In this document: positions 34,868 through 45,411 of the stretch, one piece after another
How the letters are laid out: each line of letters opens with the position of its first letter
Position numbering within the stretch: position 1 is the stretch's first letter
Source of the DNA: Narcine bancroftii
Taxonomy: Eukaryota
Length of the DNA stretch: 64,000 nucleotides
Reading direction: 5' to 3'
Assembly: GCF_036971445.1 (NCBI RefSeq)
Contig: NC_091469.1
Span: 159,340,001-159,404,000 of the forward strand
Program-made: the position numbers and the translations under genes
Notes under the pieces: generated by a model
Database searches by the model: none
Seen by the model: the letters and a program-made list of their open reading frames with translations, nothing else
Told to the model about the DNA's origin: nothing

Positions 34868-37632
34868 TTTTTTTTAAACTTTATTTAAAATTTTATGACA
34901 TGAATAAAATAAAAATTACATTTAAAGAAATAATAAAAAATAAGATAATAAAAATTAGAATACTACATCATTAAACTACACAAATTAACCCCCCCCCAAT
35001 AATTATAACACAACATTAATCATCTAATTTAAAATTAGTCCAACCCTCCCCCCCAAAATAATTAATTAACAATGTTGTAAATAAAATAGAAAAAACCCCA
35101 CTTACAAAAAAAAGGATGAAACTTAACAATAAAAAAAATTACTAACAACAAAAAAAATATCAATACTAAAATAATACCCTTAAACATATATTTAAATCAA
35201 ACATAATACATGTATTTAACAAATGAAATCCACTTTAAAACTAAGTTCAAATATTAATATCATATATCAACCACATATCTGTTATATTAAAAAAATCATA
35301 ATTAATAATACATAAATACAAAATTTCCATTAATACCGTTTCCTTTATAATTCATCGAGAGAACAAAAACATCCCTTAGAAAAACAATCAGATAAACTTT
35401 TTATTCCCTTCAAACTCTTATAAAATTCTCCATATTCTTCATTTATAACATCTTCAAAATTCTCTATCGAAATTAACTTAATTTTATTAAACTCTTCTCC
35501 CTCAATGTATTTGTACTTGGTTTTCTTCTTTTTCTTATCACTCTTCCCCTCATCTTCCTCTTCATCTAATTCAACGTCCTCAATTTTTGACTTATTATCT
35601 TCTGTGACATCATCCTCTTAAAAAAGAGAGAAAAAAGAGAAAACCCGCCCCCCCAAAAAAAGAGGAAAAAAAAGGAGAGAAAAAAAAGCTCCTAATTCCC
35701 TCTCAATTACAATCAGAAAACAAAAAGAGTTAAAAAAAATTATTTATTTTTAAAAAATAATTAAAAAAAACCTTCACTTCTTAACCCGAAAATTAAAAAG
35801 AAAAAAAAAACAGGTCGGAGGTCACGACTACCTCCTCCTGTTTAAACCGCCCAAAGCGGTAACTCCCCCAAAATATTGGGTGTGAGATAACTCCCAGGTA
35901 GCTGATGACTTCTGGAAACTAGTGCCCACCCAGTTCCCTCTCCCAACGCCCATTTCATTAAACTATCATCATTATTTAAACTATTTAAACTCTTCTCAAA
36001 AAAAAGATAAAAGATTTATTTTTTTAAATCAACGTAACCACTTCGGTCACCATTGCTTCCATTTCTTTTAAAAAACTGGATCCCACCTTACATCTCTACT
36101 TTCTTTGGAGACCTTGAAGGACTACATCGTTCCTGAAACTGCATGATTAGTAGAGACTGAGCAAAGTCCATAACCTCTTTAGGATTGTCAAAGAACTTTG
36201 GCTAATTTCCATCCTAAAAAATCTTCAGTTCCGCAGGATACCTGATTTTGCCTTATGTCTTTTTTTCCACAACCGTTCTTTCACAGAATTAAATTCGCGT
36301 TGTTGAAACATAATTTCTTGACTCAAATCTTGATAGAAGAAAACAGGATTATTCTGAACCATCAAAGGAGATCTATTTTGCTGGGCATTTCTAATAGCCG
36401 TACGTAGAATTGTCTCTCTGTCACAATAGTTTAAACAACAGATCAAAACAGCTCTTGGATTCTGTCCTGAAAAAGATTTTCTTCTTAAAACTCTATAAGC
36501 ACGTTCCAGTATTAAACGTTAAGGGAATTTATCCTGTCCTAACACTCGTGGAATCCATTCAGTAAAAAATTTTGTTGGATCTGGTCCTTCTATGCCTTCT
36601 GGCAAACCAACAATTTTCACGTTGTTCCATCTAGATTAATTCTCCAAATAATCAACCTTTTTTGCTAAATTTTTATTTTGGATCTGCAATGTTTCAATTA
36701 TTCTATTTTCATCTTGCAGTTGATCCTGTGCATCGACTAAACCTTGATCACACATTTCAAATCTTTCAATGGTTTCAAGCTTAAAAGCTCCATTAATGAC
36801 TTCCGCCATCGCATTAATCTTGGAAATAAACAGGTTCACAAAATTAGCTAAGTGACTCGATACAGAATATATCTTATCTTCAAGATCCTTAACAGACATT
36901 TCAACAGAAGTAGATTCAGCCATAATGGGGTCTTGCTGTTCCTTAGAGACCACGGGATCTTCTGTCTCTTCCCTTAATTTAGTATCTTTTCTAGCAGTTT
37001 GACTTCGTATAAAAATCCCTCTCAAAGTCCCCCCAGCAATGCCAGGAGACTGAAGATCAGGATTATCTTTAAGCCAAACCTCTTTAATCATCTTCACTGA
37101 ATCGATGTCTGGAAAATCCGTTGTAATTGAGGATGCATTTTGCAGCGCCACCACTGTAGCAGTCGAATGACAGCTCTTTAACTCTCCAGCTGGTGGCGCC
37201 CCAGCTGACTCAACTGTCAAAGTCTCAGTAACAGCACTCACAGTGGCCATTGTGTGAAATACTGGCACCCGGCCAGCTCTTTGTTCTGAAAGCTGCTGAG
37301 TGCGACCTTCAGAGAGCCTTACCGGTATAAAACGGAGTTTCAATGCCGAATTCTGTACGTCTTCTTCTGGATCCATTCTACGCTGAGTCCTGGCTTCTTG
37401 TAAACAAGTAGTCTCAGACAATTTCGGAAAATGTAGTTTTTTAACAGTCTGTTGATGTTTTCTTTTACCTTTTTTTTTGCATATAAACCATTAGGTATTA
37501 ATCCAGCACCTCTTATTATTTATAAACTTTTAAAAGAACTTTAACGGGCACTTAAAGACAAAACAATAAATCAGAGTCAGGAGAGGGCTGGAAGGCATGT
37601 CTGTTCCCTACGCCATCTTGCTATGCCCCTCA
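34868..37632 (-). mobile_element. ORF1-only L1-derived retroelement, copy 2, full length (ORF1 37421-~36090 broken by CAA>TAA at 36636)
   Basis: Collinear with copy 1 end to end. It has its own TSD AATTTTTCA(G/T)GATTTCT at 34851-34867 and 37633-37649. Confidence 0.9.
35411..35617 (-). pseudogene. HSP90: Captured HSP90 fragment, copy 2
   Basis: [69 protein letters not shown]. The frame is open and differs in length from copy 1 by one whole codon. Confidence 0.88.
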
Positions 37633-38575
37633 AATTTTTCATGATTTCTGATGTCAATCCAAACTTCTGCAAACTCCTGAGGAAGTAGAGGTGCTGATGT
37701 TCTTTCTTCATGATCAGTCGATTATTTAAGGCAGAGAGTCAATCAATCTTTGCCTTAAATACACCTAACGACCTGGCCTCCACAGCCTCCCATGGTAGCA
37801 ATTCCAGACGTCACCAAGTTTTGGTAAAGAAATTCCTCTGAATCTCTGTTTTAAATGGGTCCCGTCAATCCTGAAGTTGTGTCCTGTTGTCCTAGACGCC
37901 TCTGCCATGTGAACTAACTTTCCCGCAGCTAAAAGCTCAGCAGGTCAAACAGTGAATTTATGGTGCAAATATAAAGATATAGAAACTACGTTTCAGGCTT
38001 GAGATTTTCATCAAGGCATGAGCAAAATGTCAGCAGGTGCTTGAACCAAATGGTGGGGGAGGGGTAGGGGGGGAGCAGAGTCCCACAGACAGGAGGTAAT
38101 AGGTGACTAAGGGAGGGAGCACTGCAGCAAACAGGGGGCGGGGGGATGGCTCTGTGAATGGAGAAGGAATGGGGTGGAGAGATGGGGGGATGGGGCAGCA
38201 GGAGGCACAGAGTCCCACAGGCAAGAGGTAAAAGGTGGCTAAGGGAGGGAGGCACAGCAGCAAACAGGAGGAGCGGGATGACTGTGAATGGAGAGGGAAG
38301 GGGAAGAGAGATGGAGGAGATGGGGGATGGGGAGGGAGGGAGAATGGGGAATGGGCTAGCAGAAGCTGACATTAATGCCATCTGGTTGGAGAGAACCCAG
38401 AAGGAATATTAGGTGTTGCTTTTCCAGTTTACAGGTGGTCTTAGTATGACATCCATCAGGCCAAGGTCAGACATATGTGGGTATGATCCCATCACCAGAC
38501 ACATCTCCTGCCCTTTCTATAGGGAATCATTCCCTCTGTGACTCCCTCATCCACTTTCCCCTTCCTGCTATTCGC

Positions 38576-39215
38576 CCCCTGTTGTAGGTATAACTACCCT
38601 GAGCTCCTCCAGCCTGTATCTCCCCTGTTGTAGGTATAACCACCCTGAGCCCCTCCAGCCTGTATGTCCCCTGTTGTAGGTATAACCGCCCTGAGCCCCT
38701 CCATCATGTATGTCCCCTGTTGTAGGTATAACTGCCCTGAGCCCCACCATCATGTATCTCCCCTGTTGTAGGTATAACCACCCTGTGCCCCTCCAGCCTG
38801 TATCTCCCCTGTTGTAGATATAACCGCCCTGAGCCCCTCCAGCCTGTATGTCCCCTATTGTAAGTATAACCACCCTGAGACCCTCCAGCCTGTATCTCCC
38901 CTGTTGTAGGTATAACCACCCTGTGCCCCTCCAGCCTGTATCTCCCCTGTTGTAGATATAACCGCCCTGAGCCCCTCCAGCCTGTATGTCCCCTATTGTA
39001 AGTATAACCACCCTGAGACCCTTCAGCCTGTATCTTCCCTGTTGTAGGTATAACCACCCTGTGCCACTCCAGCCTGTATCTCCCCTGTTGTAGATATAAC
39101 CGCCCTGAGCCCCTCCAGCCTGTATGTCCCCTATTGTAAGTATAACCACCCTGAGACCCTCCAGCCTGTATCTCCCCTGTTGTAGGTATAACCACCCTGA
39201 GCCCCTCTAGCCTGT
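38576..39215. repeat. 46-bp minisatellite (~14 units) with a 138-bp higher-order period
   Basis: Unit CCCCTGTTGTAGGTATAACCACCCTGAGCCCCTCCAGCCTGTATGT. Three variants cycle, giving the 46-aa periodicity of ORF 38568..39149. Confidence 0.95.
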
Positions 39216-39354
39216 TACACCCCTGTTCTACTGTGTTTATTTCTCAACCAGATCCAGCAGCATCTGACGACGTGTGATGAACAGATTCGCATCCTGAAAC
39301 TCCCGGTGTTTTCTCCTCTTCCAATACTGATCCATCTCCCCTCTCTCCCTGCAG

Positions 39355-39738
39355 ATTATTCCTACAATGGTTGGACAATGTCTGGTGCTGATATTGTGTC
39401 AACAGTGGAAGGATCCTCCGCCGTTTTGCCATGTAGTTTCACCCACCCACCTACGGAGCAGACACTCACTGGAACCGTGATGTGGTACAAGATTAAATCA
39501 GGAGTAAATAAACTTGTGTTTAACTGTACATGTTCTGACCTTGGATCCTCCCAATATGATCCGGCAACACAGGAGGTCGGAGGGGGTCGATTCACGTTCG
39601 TGGGGAACCTAAGCCAGAGAGATGCCTCAGTCATGATGGATCGTCTGAGGCGGGAGGACGGAGCTTGGTATCGGTGCCGCGTGGAGCTCAACATCGGTAA
39701 AATTCAAACTGTGTTTCCAATAACCCTGATCGTGAGAG
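39355..39738 (+). CDS. Ig V-set exon V1a, Siglec-15-like, essential Arg present
   Basis: Splice sites CCCTGCAG| and G|GTGAGA; 384 nt, phase 1-1. Motifs AVLPCSFTHP, W, VFNC, GRFTFVGN..RDAS and YRCRVE. Confidence 0.88.
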
Positions 39739-40184
39739 GTGAGAAAATACCCCATCTGCTGCATTGGGTCACACTCTTCACTCTTCCCCCAACTAATCAT
39801 AACATAACATAACATAACAATTACAGCACGGAAACAGGCCATTAGGCCCTTCTAGTCCGCACCAATAAAATTCAACAAGTTTGGTCAAACATGACTTCCC
39901 ATGCACAAACCCATGTTGAGTGTTCCTAATGTATCGCTAAGAACATTTTCCATGAACTTACCTACCACTGACTTTAAACTTACAGCCTGATAATTGCTAG
40001 GCTTGCTCCTTGAACACTTTTAAACAAAGGAACCACCTGTGCAATACGTCAATCTTCCGACACTATACCTATCTTTCCTGCATGAGTTCATATTGTTTTC
40101 AAAACTTACAAGTGAAATAAAGCAGGATAATTCGACGTGGTCATTCACAACCCAAGTCTGCATATGCTTGACTTGAGACCCCCA

Positions 40185-40640
40185 ACATTCGGGGCCACAA
40201 ACAGTTCTTCCCAATGAAGCAACTCTTCACTTGCGAATCTGCAGGGGTCATCTACTGCATCTGGTGCTCCCGCTGTGGTCTCCTCTACATCGGGGAGACT
40301 GGATGAAGACCGTTGAGCACCTTCACTACCACAGCAAGGAGCACCCAGTGACAAATCATTTCAATTCCCCTCCCCACTCCCGCACTGACATGTCTGTCCC
40401 TGGCCTCGTGCACTGCCAGACCAAAGCTAGTCACAAATTTGTGGAACAACACTTCATATTCCGTCTGGGCCCCCTCCAAACAGACAGCGTTAATGCCGAC
40501 TTCTCCAATTTCCGTTAACACCCCCCACCCCATCTCTCTTTCTCATTCCCCATCCCTCTGTCTACTTTCCATAGTTCCCCACCCCCTTCCCTCTCCATTC
40601 AGAGAGGAACCCCCCTCCTCCTATCACTTCCCAACATTTT
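40185..40640 (+). mobile_element. Penelope-like element fragment (GIY-YIG endonuclease); paralogous piece at ~44775-45005
   Basis: FTCESAGVIYCIWCSRCGLLYIGET...PVTNHFNS. Confidence 0.8.
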
Positions 40641-42125
40641 TTCGTTAATTTAATTTTTAATTAAATTTAGATGTACAGTGTGGTAAATGGCCCTTTTGGC
40701 CCATGTGTCCGTGCCACCCAATTAACCTACACTCCTGGTACATTTTTGAATTGTTCGAGGAAACTGGAGGCCCCGGGGAAGAACCACGAAGATACGGGGA
40801 GAACATGCAAACTCCTTACAGACAGCACAGGATTCGATCCCTTATCCTGATCACTGGCGCTGTAACAGCATTGCACTAACCAATACACCAACCCTTGCTG
40901 CACCACCCACCTATAACCTTTTGCCTGTTGGCCTGTGCCCCTCCCCATGCCCCTTCCTCTCTCCTCTCCTACCCCACTATTTTATCCAGGTGGTAATGGA
41001 CGGCTCAGGCCCAACCCTTTGGCTCCCTTTTACTTCCTGTTGATATTCCGTGACCTGCTGTGTTTTCCCGAGACAAGGATCCATTTTCCCTCTCAGGTCA
41101 CATCAGGGTTCCCTTCATGCAAATTCCTCGAGTGAGGAGCATCATCGGCAGTTGGACAGGATCTGGTCCATCAGAGACCAGCCGCAGGTTGATGGGGTCG
41201 TTCAGAAGGCCTGTGGTACATTGGCCTTTATTAGTTGGGGATTGAGCTCAGGAGTCATGAGGTAATGTCACAGCTCGATAAATATCCGATTAGACCACAC
41301 ACCGAATATTGTGTTCAGTTCTGGTCACTGCATTTCAGGAAGAATGTGGAAGCTATGGAGAGGGTGAAGAGGTGATTGACCAGGATGTTGCCAGGACTGG
41401 AACGGTTGAGTAAAATGCAAGGTTGGATAGGTTGAGTCTTTATTCCCTGGAGCGGAGGAAGATGAGGGACCTGGATGAAAGCTCACAGATTTGTCCCCGA
41501 GGTAGACGATCCTGAATCCAGAGGGCCTTATTTTGAGGTGAGAAGGGAAACACTCAAGATGGATCTGACGGCCATCTTTTCACACAGTAGTCATCGCAAC
41601 ACCATTACAGCACCAGTGATCGGGACAAGGGTTTGAATCCCACGCTGTTTGTAAGGAGTTTGCACATTCTCCCCGTGTCCGCGTGAGGGTTTCCCTGTAG
41701 GTTCCATTCCCCCCCCACCCACCCACCCTTCAAAACACAACATGGGTTGTAGGTGAATTGGGCAGCGCGGGCTCGTGGGCTGATAGGGCCTGTAACCGTG
41801 CTGTACATCTCAATTTTAAAATAGAGTTGTTTGCATCTGGAATGAGCTGCCAGCGGATCCTGTAGAAATGGCCACGATTGCAACATCTTAAAGACATTTG
41901 GTGGGGCGAACGGATGAGAAGGGTTGAAGGATATGGGTCAAATACAGGCAAATGGGACTGGCCCCGAATGCCAGCTGGGTCAATATGAAGGAGTCAGGCC
42001 GAAGGGCCTGTTTTGTGCTCTATAACTCCATAACTATTATTTTACAAGGTGGATATTTTGGCAGGAATTGATCGTGAAGGCAGGGAGGGTCGACTGATAA
42101 ATTTTGATGTCTGTCCTCCCCTCAG

Positions 42126-42521
42126 CTCCTGACGGGAAGGGTTCAGTGGTGAATGGGACCGAGGGAGATTCAGTCACCTTACCCTGTGTGTTCCAACGGC
42201 CTCTGTCTGACCTCACCCTGCACACGATCACCTGGATGGTGAAGGATCCTTATCAGCTCGTCGTCACATTCAGGCGCAGATCTGATGGATCGTGGGTGGC
42301 AGAAAGCGATGCAACTCGATACGAGCTCATCAGGGACCCCAAACATGGAGATGCCTCAACCCGGATAAACCAGCTGAGTGTGCGAGACAATCACGGCTAC
42401 CTGTGTCTAGTGGAGTCCAGGAAACCAGCTTATTTCTATAATATAAAGGGAATTAACGGTCAAGTGAAGACCCCCTATATTCATCTGTCCCAGTGCGAGG
42501 CCCGCTTGTTGGTCTCTCCTG
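42126..42521 (+). CDS. Ig V-type exon V2a
   Basis: Splice sites CCCCTCAG| and G|GTAAGA; 396 nt, phase 1-1. Motifs GDSVTLPC, W, GDAS.RI..L..RD..YLC. Confidence 0.85.
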
Positions 42522-42787
42522 GTAAGAACCCATTGCCAGTGTGTGGTGATGGGGAGGATGGGACAGAGGGTGGGTCCCAGGGCAGGACAGAGGGTGGGAC
42601 AGAGGATGGGGCTCCTCTGGATGGGAACCAACTTTACCGCAGCCAAAAACTCAGCAGGTCGAACAGTGACTTCATGCAAGCAAAGATACAGAACCTACGT
42701 TTCAGGCTTGAGATTTTTATCAAGGAATGAGCAAAATGTTAGCAGGTGCCCAAACTAAATGGTGGGGGTGGGGCGGAGGGGGAACAG

Positions 42788-43450
42788 AGTCCCACAGGCA
42801 GGAGGTAATAGGTGGCTAAGGGAGGGAGGCACAGCAGCAAACAGGGGGAGGGGGGAGGGCTCTGTGAATGGAGAGGGAATGGGGTGGAGAGCTGGTGGAG
42901 ATGGGGGGATGGGGCAGTAGAAGGTGCAGAGTCCCACAGGCATGTGGTGATAGGTGGATAAGGGAAGGGGACACAGCAGCAAACAGGGGGAGGGGGGAGG
43001 GCTCTGTGAATGGAGAGGGAATGGGGTGGAGAGCTGGTGGAGATGGGGGGATGGGGCAGTAGGAGGTGCAGAGTCCCACAGGCATGTGGTGATAGGTGGA
43101 TAAGGGAAGGGGACACAGCAGCAAACAGGGAGAGGGGGGAGGGCTCTGTGAATGGAGAGGGAATGGGGTGGAGAGCTGGTGGAGATGGGGGGATGGGGCA
43201 GTAGGAGGTGCAGAGTCCCACAGGCATGTGGTGATAGGTGGATAAGTGAAAGGGACACAGCAGCAAACAGGGAGAGGGGGGAGGGCTCTGTGAATGGAGA
43301 GGGAATGGGGTGGAGAGCTGGTGGAGATGGGGGGATGGGGCAGTAGGAGGTGCAGAGTCCCACAGGCATGTGGTGATAGGTGGATAAGGGAAGGGGACAC
43401 AGCAGCAAACAGGGAGAGGGGGGATGGCTCTGTGTATGGAGAGGGAAGGG
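42788..43450. repeat. 142-bp tandem repeat (~4.5 units) derived from a Penelope-like tail
   Basis: Near-identical ORFs start at 42868, 43010 and 43152. Confidence 0.95.
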
Positions 43451-44234
43451 GATAGAGAGCTGTAGGAGACTGATCTTCCAGTGGTCAACCATTTCTAATC
43501 TGATGCCCATTAGGGCAACTTGTCTGTCCATGGCCTCTTGTGATATCCCACCAAAACCTCCCATGAATTGGAAGAGCAACACCTAATTTCTGTCTGGGCA
43601 CTCTCCAGCCACATGGCATTAACATCAACTTCACCAGATTCTGCCAGTCTCCACCCCATTCTCCCTCCCTGCCTCATCCACCTGTGCACAATTACTTCTT
43701 TATTGTTTTATGCTAGTGGGAGTGAGGAGAAGAAAAAAAGAGTAAGTAATGAAACTCGTTCCCTGCACAGAACCTTACTCAGAAAACAATATTCTTGCTC
43801 AGCTTATATTGTCCTTTAGATGGGAGCCCACGGACAGTTTTGAATGTAGTTTTAAATGTTTTTTTTTTAACTTTTACAATCTAATGTTTTTGCTACTTCT
43901 GTCCTTTGCAATTCCTGAGATTTACAATTCAGTGATCTTCCCAGCAGCTTTCTGATCCCCCATATCTCTTGCTTCACACGCCCATCTCCTTCGAGTCCTG
44001 CTATGCTCTGCAGCTGTGGATGGCTTAAGCTAATATTGTGTACGTACTACAGCAGAAACCCCTTCCCATAATTCTTTACACCCTGGCCTGTATCTCCCCT
44101 GTTCTACTGTGTTTATGTCTCAACCAGACCTAGCAGTAACTGACAACATGTAATAAGCAGGTTTGCATCCTGAAACTCACAGTGTTTTCTCTAGTTCTTC
44201 CAATACTGATCACCCCTCCCCTCTCTCCCTGCAG

Positions 44235-44618
44235 ATTATTCCTACAACGGTTGGACAATGTCTGGTGCTGATATGGTGACAGCCGTGGAAGGGGAATCCG
44301 CCGTGTTGCCATGTAGTTTCACCCACCCACCCATGGAGCAGACCCTCACTGGTACCGTGATGTGGTATAAGATTAATCTAGGAGTAAATCAACTTGTGTT
44401 TAACTGTACATATCCCGACCTTGGACCCTACCGATGTGATCGGGCAACACAGGAGGTCGAAGGGGGTCGATTCAGGTTCGTGGGGAACATGAGCCAGAGG
44501 GATGCCTCGGTCATGGTGGATCATCTGAACAGGGAGGACGAAGCTCAGTATCGGTGCCACGTGGAGCTCAACATCGGTAAAATTCAAACTGCAGTTACAA
44601 CAAACCTGACAGTGAGAG
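44235..44618 (+). CDS. Ig V-set exon V1b, Siglec-15-like, essential Arg replaced by His
   Basis: Same splice sites and 384-nt length as V1a. Motifs VFNCTYPDLGPYRC and YRCHVE. Confidence 0.85.
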
Positions 44619-45411
44619 GTGAGCAAAGACCCCACCTGCTGCAGTGCGTCACAGTCTTCACTCCTCCCCCAACTAATCATATTGTTTTCAAAACTTACAA
44701 GTGACATAAAGCAGGATAATTCAACATGGTCATTCACAACCCAAGTCTGCACATGCTTGAGTTGAGACCCCCAACATTCGGGGCTACAAATTGTCCTTCC
44801 AAATGAAGCAACACTTCACTTGTGAGTCTGCAGGGGTCACCTACTGCATCTGGTGCTCCTGTTGTGGTCACTTTTACATCGGAGAGACTGGATACCGACC
44901 GTTGAGCACCTTCACTGCCACAGCAAGGAGCTCCCAGTGGCCAATCATTTCAATTCCCTTCCCCCCCCTGCACTGACCTGTCTGTCTCTGGCCTCCTGCA
45001 CTGCCAGAATATTGTGTTCAGTTCTGGTCACAGCATTACAGAAAGGATGTGGAAGCTATGGAGAGGGGGCAGAGGAGATTGACCAGGATGTTGCTAGGAC
45101 TGGAAGGGTTGAGTAAAAGGGGAGCTGGGATAGGCTGGGTCTTTCCTTCCTGGAGCGTAGGAAGATGATGAACCTGGATGAAGTGAATGCTCACAGATTT
45201 GTCCCCAAGGTAGATGATCCTGAACCCAGAGGGCCTTAGTTTGAGGTAAGAAGGGAAAGACACAAGAGGGATCTGACAGCCATCTTTTCACACAGAGGTG
45301 GATGGCATGATCTGTGTAGTGGTCAGCGCAATGTCTTTACAGCACTGACGATCGGGACCAGGGTGCAAATCCCACATTGTCTGTAAGGAGTTTGTACGTT
45401 CTCCCCTTGTC

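Larger units (their letters stand above)
33800..37715 (-). mobile_element. Rex1 fragment (33800-34361 plus 37633-37715) split by two L1-clade insertions
   Basis: VESVLTVCITVW and HPANALLSLLPSGKR on the left side. HLYFLRSLQKFGL resumes beyond 37633. Confidence 0.8.

Noticed and set aside
27645-37632. The two 2.8-kb copies as a local segmental duplication
   Set aside because: Similarity stops at the element ends, and the TSDs and flanks differ.
38576-39215. Regular repeat array resembling CRISPR, and 46-aa periodic ORFs
   Set aside because: Units are contiguous with no unique spacers, there are no cas genes and the context is eukaryotic. The ORFs are by-products of the minisatellite.
42739-43582. 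Pro/Cys/His-rich 194-275 aa ORFs
   Set aside because: Translations of the 142-bp tandem repeat, open in several frames.
43884-43955. MFLLLLSFAIP as a second leader exon for V1b
   Set aside because: There is no phase-1 GT donor after the hydrophobic stretch, and the T-rich context explains the hydrophobicity.
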